Shown: positions 34,882 through 47,906 of the stretch, in pieces
How the letters are laid out: every line of letters begins with the position of its first letter
Position numbering within the stretch: position 1 is the first letter of the stretch
Assembly: GCF_964204645.1 (NCBI RefSeq)
Contig: NC_134030.1
Coordinates: 17,816,210 to 17,880,209 of the forward strand
Source: Tubulanus polymorphus
Lineage: Eukaryota; Animalia; Nemertea
Length of the DNA stretch: 64,000 bases
Reading direction: 5' to 3'
The notes under the pieces: model-generated
Databases searched by the model: none
Told to the model about the DNA's origin: nothing
Seen by the model: the letters and a program-made list of their open reading frames with translations, nothing else
Program-made: the position numbers and the translations under genes

Positions 34882-37800
34882 TGGCGGATTTAGCCTACTT
34901 CACTTGCCGCTAATGCGGTAGTCAACATTTTTCCTCTAACAACATTTTATTTATTTCATGGATGGACTTGACTTAGCTGATTTCTTGGAAAAAAGTACCC
35001 ATATTAAAACAGGATTTTTCTCTTCCAAAACCCATGAAATGTCATCTCAGCACTATAAATTTTTCAAAATTTTCATTATAATGTTGGTTTAATTTGATAT
35101 TTGATAAATCCTTAAATTTGTTGGTTCCAAACAGATGAGTACAAATATTTAAGTAGTATACTTACTCAGCATTTTTAATAGCCAATCTGGAGAATCCGAT
35201 AATAATGCCTAGAAATGCGAATATTTTCATATGAATCAAATGTTAACTCATATCTATAAATTCCGCAGTCACTTTTCTACCCCCTTTTTCAGACCTTACC
35301 ACGTTCCACTCTTGCATGGATTCGAAGCTAATGGTATCGAGAGACTCTGCCAAATTTCTCTCACGCTGGTATTTGGATCTGATAGCATCGAAAAACTTTA
35401 TCATATTTCCCCCTCGCAAGAATTCGAACCTGATAACATAGCCAGACTTTACCATATGTTCGTCCCTCGAAGGGATTCGAACCAATTTACATAACGAGTC
35501 TATGTCATGTCTATAAGGGATTTGAAGAATGTCGGGGTTCTTGCTTATCATGTTCGAATCACCAATCTTAATACTTACGTTGCAATGAACGGGTGAGTAC
35601 TCTCTCTTCTAGCGAAATGTTTGCTAGAAATAAACGGTGAATATATTGAAGCAAGAATCCATGAATTATTTAAACAGGCTTCGGCTTGAACAGGAGTGAA
35701 GAGATATTAACACGTTTGTTAGATGAGAGCAAATATTTCATAATTCACATCTGTTTTACCAAACACGGAAGTGTTTCGTCGATTATTGATTGTAAATCTA
35801 CTCAGCACTATATAATTTTGTACATATCGAAATTTATCGAAGAACTTTCCTTTAAGTTAAATGTACTGTCGTTTTAGTGTTATTAGTAAAAAGCTTTGGG
35901 ATAGTTGACCAAAAGTTGGCTAGAGTTAACAAGTGAATAGTTGACTTGGTGATTATTTAAAATTCATTGTTATTATGATATTTTATCCACCGGTTATCTT
36001 TTACCAATTTTTGAGCAACTTTGAAAATGAACTAATTTTGACAACGAAAGACTGCGAATTCGTTAAGAAAAGACCATATTTTCGTCAACTAACTGAGTTC
36101 CGAAGACAGATGCAAAATGACTTTAAAAATTTGACGAATATTTTTTTCGAAAGTGTAAAGAATGTATTTTTGCGGTAATGCCGTCGATCCCTTCCCGAGT
36201 TCTCGCGGAAAGCTCCGCGGACAGGCCACGTTGAAGGACTGGGTGAATAATACGTATCCAAGAAATCTAGTCTTCTATATAATTCAATTAAAAAACATTA
36301 ACTAAACTCATTTTGGTGTAAATACACCGCAACGTCTCTACATATGCAAATGTCATTCACAGACTGATGATAGAAAAAATCTGGCACCTGGGATTGGTTA
36401 GAAAACAGGCTTTGTGATACGTGTAACTGTGTGGAAGATGAGCTGCACTTCATACTAACGTGTAGCAAATTCAACAACCCCATGACGAAATTTAATTTGG
36501 TAAATGTCGGTGCAAATGATATGAATGGAAATTTTGATGATGTAGGTACGTAGTCAAACGGAATTGGTAAATTTGGGAAGTACGTTCGATCGGGATATGA
36601 ATATTATATTCAATTGATGCTTGAAGGTACGGTACTTGTCCAATGCACTGTTCCTATAAATATTTTTGAAATTCTGGTATTGTATATAAAGCATACATTG
36701 TTTTCTTTTTCTCCTGATTTGTTGTTCATGTCATTTGATTCGGGCTCGGACAAACCCCTCTTTAGTGAAAGTTCCCCTTTTCAAATGACGCCTATTTTCT
36801 AAATTTTCAAAAAAAATTTCTCGAAAATTAGAAAGGGCACATGAAGTCGTTCCCATCAATCACAAACGTACAAAAGGATTTTTAGAGGTGATAATTTCAA
36901 AGAAAAAGACACATTCAGTCGTCTATCAATACCGAAAAAAACAAGAAAGGGTACTTTTAGTCGTTTTTATCAATCTCAAAAGTAGGTAAGTGCAAATGGC
37001 CCCCCATGATCAATTCAGGATCAATTCTGAAGAATATGAAACGGAAAATAGGTAATAGATTGACAGAATAATAAAACGGAAAAAAATGTTAGTTGTTGAC
37101 ATCCAACAGGACAAAAAATGATATAATGTTTTGTGCGTAGAAATATGCGGATGCTGGTTGTAAAACACATTTTCCAGGTTGTCAGGCTCATAGGGTTTAA
37201 TCTTGAAGCGAGAAGTATATTCAATGCACATTCGAGAATTCTTTTTTAAGCGTGAATGTTAATTGTACAATACAAAGTCTGTGGTTCTATCACTCACATT
37301 TGATAACGTACCACAGTATAATTTACCAATGCTTCAAGCCCACTTGGGTCCCTTGTTTTGTTCTGTCTAGTCATATCAAGGATTGTATAGGTCACAGCTT
37401 GCTTTGTTTCCAAACCAATAATTCGTAAGGACATGGAAAATTTGTCGTCAAAGAAACACAGTAAATTTAAACAGTGAAAATAGTTGAAAGTAATACCCAT
37501 TTGAAATGAGAAAATGTATTACAGACTATAAGAATTTTCAAGAATTACGAATACTTATCATCCGACATTTGTCAATATGTTTTAAAAACAATTTCTGTCC
37601 CGGAGCTGGTGGTGGAATGCCATATATTATACTTTTACAACACGACGTACGTATCGTGGTATGTTTAAGCAATCAGATAGATGGGTTATCTATACACTGA
37701 TAGTATCGAGCACTGAAGCTATATTGAGTAAGATATGTAGGCAAATGAGCTATTCAGTATCGTGATGATCTGGGATTTTACCTTGAATTTTATGAGGAGT

Positions 37801-38893
37801 TATTGACACTACATATTGAAATTCCTGAGTGCTAACGGGTTAAATTGTTGACCTATCTTTAACTGAAAACGCTAGTCGCTTTTGATAGCGATGATGAGTC
37901 TATTGTATAAAATCGTGTAAATCTTAGGAGTAGGTTGATATTAGGATATTCTAATTTAATATTTTGCATCACACACGCACGTAATTTTTGACATCTCTCG
38001 TCCACTTAGTGCGTAAATTTGTAAGAGACCCACTATCGGGAAGGTAAGTTTAGTTTTTATTAAACTCTCTCCCGTCCGAAAATTTGTACATTTTGTTTAC
38101 CCTTTCCGCCAAAAAACCGTACCGGGAACGCATAGTATTTGAAAGCTCCCTTACCTTGTTCGATTTAACTCACTTCTGGGTATCGAATCTCCTTCATCCA
38201 GTGATATTCTAAACACATTATGAGTAGAGTCAACTCTAAGTGTAAACTAAAACAGTCCATCTAACGAATCAATGCGTAGTTAACGAATGCAACGAGTCAA
38301 ATGAGGCAAAATTGAGAAGACTTCAAATATGATTGTTTAACTTTGAGATAAGATTTTTTTCTAAAGCCAACCACGCCCAACCTGCTAGCTATTTCTATAT
38401 CAACGGACAACGACAAGCTAGTCGCAAACTGTTCGCCGAATAACAATAAGAAACCATATATATTGATACGCAGGATCTGTCCCTTCCCTTTGCGGTAAAG
38501 ATAGCTGACGCTTTTGGGTATGGATGATCAAATATAGTCAGACATATCTAAAACTTCTTTTAACCATCAAAAATTATTGTGGATTCAACAAAAGGGAGCA
38601 ATAGAAAACAAAACAAAAGCTTAACATTATTGCTAGGGATAAAAGTAGAATTTCAAATAATTTTCCTATAGACAATTAGACATAAGTTACTTGCGGTCAA
38701 AATTTGCACTATGAATACTCGGTCTCTGATTGGCTGGAATTCCTCCGATCGAAAGCAACTGTCGGGTTGGTTACCGTCGCAAGCCGGCTTTTGTCGAAAT
38801 GATTTAGGAGCAACTGGCGGCCTCTCGTAGGCCGCCAGTTGCCGCTAACCGGCGATATACCCAGTTTTGTCGGTTGGTGTCTTGTTTTGAATA
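34882..38893 (+). repeat. About 4-kb segmental duplication, copy B (copy A at 5080-9100)
   Basis: Begins TGGCGGATTTAGCCTACTTCAC as at 5080; near-identical for about 3.1 kb, then more divergent. Confidence 0.97.
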
Positions 38894-39309
38894 TTTCTTT
38901 TCCGTGGACAAAAAATCATTTGAATAAATCTGATCTAACATTAGGATGGATTTGTTTCAACTTGAATCGGGTTGTTGTATCTTCAGGTAAACCTGCCAAT
39001 TCTATTCTAATTGTCTCGGCAAATGGCACAAATTCACAGCGGTAGTTTTCTGATGGTTTCTCACGTCGAATGGATGCCTGCAGCATACAATAAGGGAAAC
39101 ATTCTCGACTTTTGCAAAGGAATTCTATGATTCTAAAATCATGTGCAGTAGTATCACAGTGGATGAGTAGATTTTTCGATGAACTTTGAATGAATTATTA
39201 GACTTCCCAATCCGTATATAATCACAATACCACCCAAACACGCAAGCAGTACTTTCATTAAAGAGAAAAGCTCATTCAGATTGAAATGCAGAAGAAATCG
39301 GGCTTACTA

Positions 39310-40014
39310 CAGTAGACGCCGCTTACCTCGGAATTCTTGGGACTGGAAAAATTTTTCTGAGGTATGCGATTTCCGAGGTATATAAGGTCCGCAAATTTTG
39401 TCATAAAAAAAATTGTTGCTGACACGTGGGCTCAAATTATCCTTCTTATACTAATCTATGTTGAATAAACATTGTATACGTACCATATCTGACAGGTTTT
39501 TATTGTTATTTCAATCAAAACCTCATATCCCCCGGGAGATTTGACTTGTCATCTTTTATATAAAAACATCGTACTGTAGTACACTAAGTAAAGCCTACAT
39601 CCATTCAATTGACTATTCGTATTAAAGACAGCCGAGAACTAGCGCGACTGGCACGCTTCCAATTCTTACGATCATCAACATATCTATCGCAATACACGTG
39701 GTAACATAGTACAGATGTTGATTCACGTCGCGTCCAAGAACAGGTATTGCTGTTTCAAGTTGTTATGCAGTAGGCTAGGGATGCGTTTTTGAATAAATAT
39801 TGTCGGGACGATGCTCAGAATTTCCGAGGTACATGATTTTAGGACTCAATTTATGAAAAAAATCATTCTGAGGTATGCGATATTCCGACGTATGCAACTC
39901 CGAACTCCGAGGTTTTCATTTAAGAAATAATTGCATTAAGAAAAATATTTTAGATTTGTTCTGAGCTAAGCAATATTCCGAGGTGTATGACTCCGAGGTA
40001 TGCGGAGTATACTG
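39310..40014. mobile_element. Tc1/mariner(pogo)-type non-autonomous element with TA target duplication
   Basis: TA|CAGTAGACGCCGCTTACCTCGGA ... TCCGAGGTATGCGGAGTATACTG|TA (20 of 23 match), with many internal TCCGAGGTA subterminal repeats. Confidence 0.9.
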
Positions 40015-40353
40015 TACTAGCAACCCTGCCGGATCCTCGTTTGCCATGGTTAATATCCTCGATAGAACAGTAGCGCTGTACCTTTTCCCCGTTTGCATAA
40101 TCCAATCCGCACAATATTTCTAATACATAATATAATGATGAAATAGAGCCCTATGGGTTTCAACGTATGTTGCTCTGCTGAACAAGTGAATTATAATGAG
40201 GATGCATCTATAATTTGGATGAAATGTTTGTAGGCCAAAACATGTAGATTTATTCCATATTTGGGTTTAGGTTTATCTCGTACAGTCAATTCATCACACA
40301 GTCTGCAGAGTCTGTTGCTCCTCTGAACAAGCAAATAGACGATATCATTTTTG

Positions 40354-40591
40354 GGAGTCACGGGTAATTTTCCTTGGCGAAGAACTTAAACTGTTCGATC
40401 TATTCGCATTCGAATTTATTCGGACAATTTGAAAAGTATGTGGTGTATACCCGTGGAGGCCAAACGAACGTTGATAGCCGGTACCCGTGGAGACTGGGGA
40501 ATTTCCGGGGCGACCAAAATATGCAGCATCGCGAACTCGTGATCACTCGGGTACGAATTCTAGGCTCTATTAACAGGGCCACCGTGACTTC
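40354..40591. mobile_element. Short MITE
   Basis: Termini GAGTCACGG / CCGTGACTTC bound a GC-richer island. Confidence 0.5.
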
Positions 40592-41222
40592 ATGAGTAGC
40601 GCTGTTATGTAAATTTTTTTTGGATATAGTATAAGTTTATTATTCGAATTCCTGCCCACTGATTCGCTTATATATTGTTTGCCTTATTTTGCCCCCTATA
40701 ATTTTTTTTTTCAAATCCGTTTATAAGCGTTGCACTGATCTATACAATGATTGACTTACACTAAATTTCAAGGCCCAATTCTTCTCCACAGTGACACTAT
40801 TTGGTACGTAGTTTGCTATTGATATTTATATGCCCTCATAATTTGGATGACATATTTGCCGAAACATACTAATATGTATTCCATATCTGCGTAGGTTTTT
40901 AAGTTAATCTCGTACAGTCATGGTGGCCCCAATGCTCGTCTGAACTGGTGAATTAATGAGTAATCCTCTTAAAGTTTGGATAAATTTGATGCAGACAGAA
41001 ACATGTTGATTAATTTGAAAATTGAGGTTTAGTTTTATCTCATCCAGTCAATAATTCATCACTCTAACTAACGCCGGAGGTACAGCTTGTAAAATGAATA
41101 GATTTCCATCTGTGACGAAATTAGTGAACTATAGCCTACCATTGGCAGTCCAGTGAGGAAGTTCATGAAGATGTCTCAATGATTTTCCTCATTCAATCCG
41201 ACCCCCCCCCCCATTATCGGCC

Positions 41223-41976
41223 CGGTACTCGGAAAAACACCGAATCGGAAAACGCATAACGCCTAATTCCTGGAAAATGACCTAATTTCGTTACTGTGCT
41301 ATTTACTGAGACTCACAATCCAACTCAATTATAATCATCAACGGAACAGTTTGAAAATACATGTGTTTTACGCTTCACCACTCTATAAACTGCATGATAG
41401 GATGATGATAGAATGTCCGCCGTGCAAGCAAATACATAACGCGAAAACAAACGCCGCGCTTATAAACCGGCGTTCTTTTAATAAATTTGAAATCGGAATG
41501 CATAAATATAGTACAACCTACGCTCGTAGGTACAACGCACACAAAGACTGAAAAAATAGCCTTTCTCAAATTATCCCCGAATGACGGTTCACAATCACGC
41601 TTATGTGAACCTTATAGATTAGGCCTACCAAACCAATGATAGACTAAATAATGTCCAGCCCCTGAACTTCCTTGAACAAAATATAATAAACTATATGTTC
41701 CATACAGAAAATAAATGTCTTTTATTATCATAATACTCCGTGTCTTAATATGAAATAGTAATATAGATAAGCCTGTGTTTTGGTTGTATAACCAAACGAG
41801 CGTCGAAACGACAGTAGAAACGAAGATGGAACAAGCGGGCTCCACACACTCCTACGTGAACTATGTAACGTTGCGTACATAGTTCACGTAGGGATTTAGG
41901 TCAATCTCTTGGATGTTACTATGCGTTATGCGGTTTTCCGATTCGGTGTTTTTCATTAGGCGTTTTTCGGTACCGT
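41223..41976. mobile_element. Non-autonomous DNA transposon with inverted termini and an internal 45-bp palindrome (about 41850-41894)
   Basis: CGGTAC..GAAAAACACCGAATCGGAAAACGCATAACGC at left versus GCGTTATGCGGTTTTCCGATTCGGTGTTTTTC...GTACCG at right. Absent from the paralogous block near 48140. Confidence 0.8.
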
Positions 41977-42120
41977 CATCAGCCAATCAAATTCCGTTAT
42001 ATTTTAGCCCGGGTTTTCCCATTTATAGTTCTTCCGTGAAATCTACCTCAGCGTATACAACGAGCAATCTGATTGATGCCGTAAGTTTTCGTGCGGAAAA
42101 GCTGCACATGTACCTGCGCA

Positions 42121-42250
42121 CCCGGTCTACTGTGGCAGGGGTTAGTGCCGTAGCTGAGTCTAGCGATGCCATCAGGTTCGAATCCCTGCCGTGGGACGAT
42201 GATTCAACCCGGGGTGAGCATTTTGCTCAGGTTAAAATATGACTGTCTGG
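42121..42250 (+). mobile_element. tRNA-derived SINE
   Basis: A-box-like TGGCAGGGGTTAG and B box GGTTCGAATCCC at 42175; no tRNA acceptor stem. Confidence 0.7.
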
Positions 42251-42871
42251 AATCGATTGAAGCTGTTGTAGGATTTATGAATTAATTCCATGATTAAGTT
42301 GTAAGCTGTACTTAAAACACCTGTAAGGCTCGCGTGATAAATTGACTGCGCGAGATCAACTTTAACCTAGATATTGAATAAATCATTGTCAACACATTAA
42401 CATACATATCATTCAAATAATGAGAAGCATCAACAATATTTCACGATATAGCAGAGCTAAATTTCGCTATATCCAGTATCAACACCACAATCTAAAGGCT
42501 AAATATGTAATCTATTTCTTTTTTTAGAAAATGGTTTGCATAGGCCAAGCGCTTTTTCAAACAAAAACAGACGAAAAGCAAATTTTCTCGAGGTCTACGG
42601 CAGATATTACTATCTTAAAAAAGACATTTAAGGCCGTTTGTAAAAATTCAGAAATCCACATGAGCCCCTCCCGAACAGGGCCAAGGTTTGACACGTGACA
42701 CATCCTAACAGAAGTCATTAGTCTATATTAGTCTATATTGTACATTGAATATTAATGATACATCAAAGATTTAATTCACAGATGATATTGAAAAAGCCGG
42801 TTACCGAACCAGGATCGAAATTTAATAGATATTTATTTCTAAAAGTCGCTAACATGTGTTTCCAAAACGAC

Positions 42872-42958
42872 CATAAAAGGAGAACGATATTGTATAATTT
42901 CGTGTCAACACACGTCAAACGAAGAACTCTGTTCGAGTGTATCCTCACTGGTAACGAG
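42872..42958 (+). promoter_or_regulatory. Putative TATA-like box and non-coding first exon of the toxin-like gene
   Basis: CATAAAAG at 42872, GAG|GTAAGT donor at 42959 and TTTCAG acceptor at 43066-43067 just before the ATG. Both splice sites are conserved in the paralog (about 49269 and 49376). Confidence 0.55.
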
Positions 42959-43068
42959 GTAAGTGAAGCTATAGACGACGTGCTCAAATATTTCATTGCA
43001 TAGTAACATGTAGATGTAACTTCGAAGAGATGCAGCTCAGTCAATCTGAATGAATCATCTATTTCAGA

Positions 43069-43593
43069 ATGTTTACTAAAACTCTTTTCATCGCGTTGGC
43101 CTTGTTTATGGTCATTGGAATTGTCGCGGCAACTGAAGGTAGGCTTTAATAACTCGATTTAATTGCTACTAAATATGCTTTTCTAATTCCACAAAAACTT
43201 AGGTTAATGCTATGAAGCCTGAATTGGCACAGGACAATAGTTAAGATCTTACCCATTCAGTCCACGTGTTGTTCGCAAACGATATTTCGTCCGTCTTACA
43301 GCAGTCGACCGTTACTTTGTACTTGCGGATTGCTGCTTGCACTTATGTCGGGCACGATGACGCGCTGTCATGTTCACGAATGCAGTATATAAGGCCGAAA
43401 CTCGCTGGATTCGAAACCTGCTTGGTTTCGGGCCCGGATGTTTCTAATAAATCCGAGCTTATTTACAGGTGTGCGAAAGGTGAAGAGAGGAACCCCGTGT
43501 TGGTGCGGTAAAATAAAGGGTGTATATTACTGGCTCGGTAACCCATCTCCGTCAAATTGTTGTGGGCAGTGGCATGGGGCATGTTGCCATTAA
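43069..43593 (+). CDS. Secreted APETx/BDS-like (defensin-fold) toxin-like prepropeptide, 64 aa; coding exons 43069-43138 and 43469-43593
   Basis: Spliced product is MFTKTLFIALALFMVIGIVAA-TEGVRKVKR-GTPCWCGKIKGVYYWLGNPSPSNCCGQWHGACCH*: signal peptide, KR cleavage site, 6 Cys. Phase-1 intron AAG|GTAGGC...TTCTAAT...TTTACAG|; AATAAA at 43624. Confidence 0.9.
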
Positions 43594-44901
43594 CACAGGA
43601 GCTGGGGAGATGTGCAGATATTGAATAAACACGTTATGTTTGTGAAATCCAAAGAGTTGAAAAGAATCAGTCAACCTGCATGGTTGAATACTGCATATGC
43701 TGCGTGTTTTTTTTTTCTTGCGTTTTTCTGCCAACAACGCAGTGGTGTATCAGTCATTGCAAACACGAATTCAAAAGGATGTCTCGGGTTCGAGTCCTCT
43801 GATTTTCCGAGTTGTACCAATGACAAATGGAGGATAAACGGCCTGAGTTGCGGCGCGTTTGATCCTAGTCGGTATGAGTTTTGCATAAGCGGGAACAAAC
43901 GATGCTGGATGTTGATCATCATGCCATTATCATTTTTTAACAAGAGGGCGCAATGGAATCTGCAACGAGACGTATCACAACTCCCGAACAAACGAAATTA
44001 TTAAACCTGGCTCTATTTGCTAAAACATGAATGTTTGCAATATCCACCCGGAAATATATATCAGTCATGCGCGTCATTTTCGAAACTACCAAATAATCAA
44101 ACTCGATTTAAACGAGAGCCCCATGGGGCTTGACCTGGTTGCTTCACAAATTATAAAAGATCTCAAAGACCTGGGCTTCAATCAATTTCATACTTCGGAT
44201 GATCGACGAGCAGGCTTTTAAATCATTCCCATGACTTTTTTGCAGAAACTCGAATTAAATGGAAATATCAAGTCAGAGATTGCTTTTTTTCAAAATTATA
44301 GATGAACGATGAAAACACACCTTTTTCAACGTGGTGTTCTGGCGGAATCTCGGAGTGGTCACCCGTGCTTCAAGCAGTTAGAAGCCTGTCTCCACTTGAA
44401 CCAAGAAATTATCCCGGAAATTTTTTTTTTAAATGCGTCAAATGAAACGATGTCAACACGCATTACATCATAGAACTCATGAGTTCTTTGATTAGATATG
44501 ATAATCACACAACTCATCATCCCTAGAATCCAGGCGAAGGTATCTAAGACTGAGATCGTTTCCGGAACCGTCGCTGTACCAGTGGAGTAGAAAAAAAACT
44601 CATAAATCATTTGTGCGATTCGTATTAAAGATATTTCTTCGATAACTGGAAAAACCACAATTTTTTTTAAATTTCCCAGTAAATTAATTTCTCATAGTAT
44701 TTATTGATCCAAATAATGCTTTAGAATAAAATTGCAACAAAATACGTATTACTAAACTCGTTTCAATTTACATAAAATCTTACATGATTTATTCAACGAA
44801 GTTAGTTAAAATAATCATCATTTTAAATGCAAACAGTCATCTTGATCTGGCTTTTATCATAGTGAATTACGAATGGCACTTCGGGCCTTTTTACTACAAG
44901 T

Positions 44902-45830
44902 TTAAAGCCTATTGATGAATATCTTAGCTCCTTCTTTGACATCATTTCGAAAGTTTAGACTACACAAAAATATATAAGCATTGATAGCATGGTTTGCCTG
45001 ATAGAATACAAGACCGACTGCGTTACCAATTATTACAAATATTCCAAAAGCCAAATGTTCATCACAATGATTCATGTAATACAAGTATGTTTCTGTGCCA
45101 TGCTCATATTCTAAAATTCCAGTAAGAGCCGCAATAAATGACAAACCTAAAAATGCTACCGAGGTTGAAACTACTAAAATTGTGATTTTTTTTAGCCGTA
45201 GCCTGTTTTCTAGCGTCTTGCTTAATTGTGTCCATGCTAGCAGACTTTCTCACACCAACTATAATGAAACCATTTGCAACAACGACTATGACAAATGGAA
45301 GAAATAATGCTAGGATGTTATTAAGATTTGAATAGATTGCGGAACCAGTAAGATTTACAATCATGCAAGTTGTCCATTTACCACTGAGATCTAATATCTC
45401 TGTGAAAAGTTGATCCAGCAATGTTTATAATGACCAGAAACACACTTATAATGCCTATAGCTTTCTTAGCCCTTGTGACAGTACACAATATTACAGCTTT
45501 TAGAGGTTTGGAAACTGCTACTGCACGATCTATCGTCATCATGACCAGAATCCAGATGGATACTTGTTTAGGACAATTAGCGTGGAAAGCTTTCACTAAT
45601 TACATGGATCTGCTGAACTTCACTTGAGCTGCGTCCATCAAATAGGGCACCTCGACACTGTATATCGCGTATAAATCCGCATTCCTAAAGCTAACATATA
45701 GAAATCACCAGAACTATATGTTAATTTCTTATATGTTCGAAAAACGATAATTATCAAACCAATCAGACTTATTAGAGGAAACTCTCAGAGATATTAGTAT
45801 AAACCATATTTTCCTAGAATAAAAATGAAA
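44902..45830 (-). pseudogene. Class-A GPCR pseudogene (multiple frameshifts)
   Basis: Pieces in different frames: FYMLALG, ADL, VSIWILVMMTIDRAVAVSKPLKA, LFLPFVIVVVANGFII, QANHAINAYIF..SLNFR. Confidence 0.9.
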
Positions 45831-46118
45831 AATATGCCTCCATTAAGTCCATATTTATTTCGATTTCGATTCCACACCGAATACCCAGATGATATGATTG
45901 TGGTATGTGTAATGCAAACATAAAAATCATTAAAAACTGTCGTTGCGATTGGGGAAATATAGTGAAATCACGTGTCCTAGCCGAAGATTCAAACGAAGTG
46001 TCGTACGCATACGACAAACGTGTTTATCCGGTACCAGGTACATGATAAGTGCGATGTTGGCTTCACAAGTGATTATACATATTGATGGCGTGTGTCGGAC
46101 TTGTATTAAAACTTATGG

Positions 46119-46275
46119 GATACTTCTGATCAATCAAAGGACAACCGAACATTGAAATTAAGGTGCGTTCGAATAGTACGTACGGTCAATTTTGCATGGA
46201 TACTTCTGATCAATCAAAGGACAACCAAACATTGAAATTAAGGTGCGTTCGAATAGTACGTACGGTCAATTTTGC
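46119..46275 (+). repeat. 80-bp tandem duplication spanning a MITE-like end
   Basis: GATACTTCTGATCAATCAAAGGACAACC...GGTCAATTTTGC occurs twice. Confidence 0.9.
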
Positions 46276-46429
46276 CGTTTTTAGACCCCCGTCCCTTGTA
46301 CGATCGTTGCTTCTTATTTTATCGACTCACTCCCAATCGGTGCGTACATTAAGAAATACCACGTCCCCTCCCCAACTAAACCAATGAGGTGGCCATGATG
46401 CTCAACGAGAATAAAGAAAAGGCGAGCTA

Positions 46430-47680
46430 GAAGAAATTCTGGTGGAATAGCATTTTACTTTAAGAATGAGTTACGAAATGGCAGTGTATATAAGAATTAC
46501 CATTCTAATATCTTATGGATAAAATTATGTAAGAATTTTTTTCAACTTAGAGCTGATATGTATATATGCAATGCTTATATTATGCCTGAAGGCACATCTA
46601 GGCGCGACGTCGATGATGTAGATATGTTCAGGGTGCTGGAAAACAATATGGCTGAGATCTACAGTAGTGACCCTAATGCACTAATGTGGATCTGGGGAGA
46701 TTTGAATAGTAGGACAAAATACCTATGTGAGGATGTAATACAACTTGAGACAGACCTTGATGAATATGTCAATATAAAAAACACGGACATATTATTCGAT
46801 TATGATAGAATAGATAAGCAAAGAGTGTCAGAAGATAAAAAAGCCAACTCGTATGGTCGCAAGCTTATTGAACTTTGCCAGTTAAGTGGACTTTATATTA
46901 TGAACGGTCGAGCATCGGTGATAGAAGGCGCGGTAGGGTAACCTGCTTAAATGCTAATGGCAAAAGTGCAGTCGACTTTATTATTGTAAATGAACAGGCA
47001 CTGAACGTTGTCTATTTGATGTGTCATGCCCAACGGCATTTTCTGACCACTCTGTCATTCATGCCTCAATCTGAGTGAATTGCCAAGATAAAGGTAGAAC
47101 TCCGGCTAAAAGAATATCTTCAATAAAGTGGGATGAACATAAATTAAGCGACTATAGGAACGCTCTGCATATTGCAGATAAAACACTGTGAGTAATTTAG
47201 TATTTTCAAAGCAAAGCAAAGAGGATGTAAATGAGGCTGTATCCAATCTCACATCAACCCTAACTAACATAACTAACCCACTATTTCGTAAAACATTTAA
47301 CGTAAGGGACACCTGTGATGAAAAACCAGCAACCAAAGCTTGGTTTGATAATGAGTGTGTTGAAATGCGAAGAGAATTTAGTAATATGTATGAAACTTAT
47401 AGACTATTGCCATCAGAAATTAATAGGTATTTGTATGTTAATAGAAGGAGGGAATATAAAAAAATTACTTAGAAGGAAACGTCTAAGTGCCAACAGGAGG
47501 AAATCTATAGAAATATCAAATTTAAGGAGTGATAATAATAAGTAATTCAGGAAACAGTTAAAAAGGATTAATAGAAAACCAGGCGTAAATAATTCCATTG
47601 CAACAGGCGAGTTCCGAGATTATTTGCAAATTTTATAAATAACCCAGATATTCCTGCCTCAGAATTTACGCAAACAATTA
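46430..47680 (+). mobile_element. LINE ORF2 fragment (APE endonuclease plus linker), decayed
   Basis: WIKL, YICNAYI, IWGDLNSRT, NSYGRKLIELC...IMNGR, TC....SAVDFII, SDH, AWFDNEC. Confidence 0.92.
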
Positions 47681-47684
47681 AAAA

Positions 47685-47906
47685 CACCAGTGTTTGGATT
47701 CAAGAGCACAACAGTAAAGGAAATCACCGAGAAACAAAACGCTCAGATCTACGACTCACCATAATCAGGAAAGTAGCCGAATTCCCGAAAACTCCTAACA
47801 GGAATGAGACTGGCAGAATAACCACTAACACCAGTTTAATTTTGAAGGACATGTTGCGGTTATTTGGCGGGGCGTTCAATGTCGTTGTGACAATTCTTAT
47901 GAACAA
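47685..47906 (-). pseudogene. Class-A GPCR TM1 fragment (duplicate of the 9.8-10.1 kb fragment)
   Basis: LVLVVILPVSFLLGVFGNSATFLIMVSRR. Confidence 0.8.

Noticed and set aside
42121-42190. Possible tRNA genes here and at 17.7 and 63.8 kb
   Set aside because: Only A/B-box-like motifs are present, with no acceptor stem or cloverleaf, so they were called SINE heads.
43266-43511. ORF-track 81-aa ORF and an insulin-A-chain-like CCLHLC in another frame
   Set aside because: Both lie mostly in the toxin-gene intron. The CCxxxC frame stops four codons later and lacks the final Cys, and the 43469 acceptor gives a far more coherent product.
43612-44004. Overlapping 130-aa (+) and 106-aa (-) ORFs
   Set aside because: No recognisable motif, signal peptide or splice support; the + ORF starts in the toxin 3' UTR.
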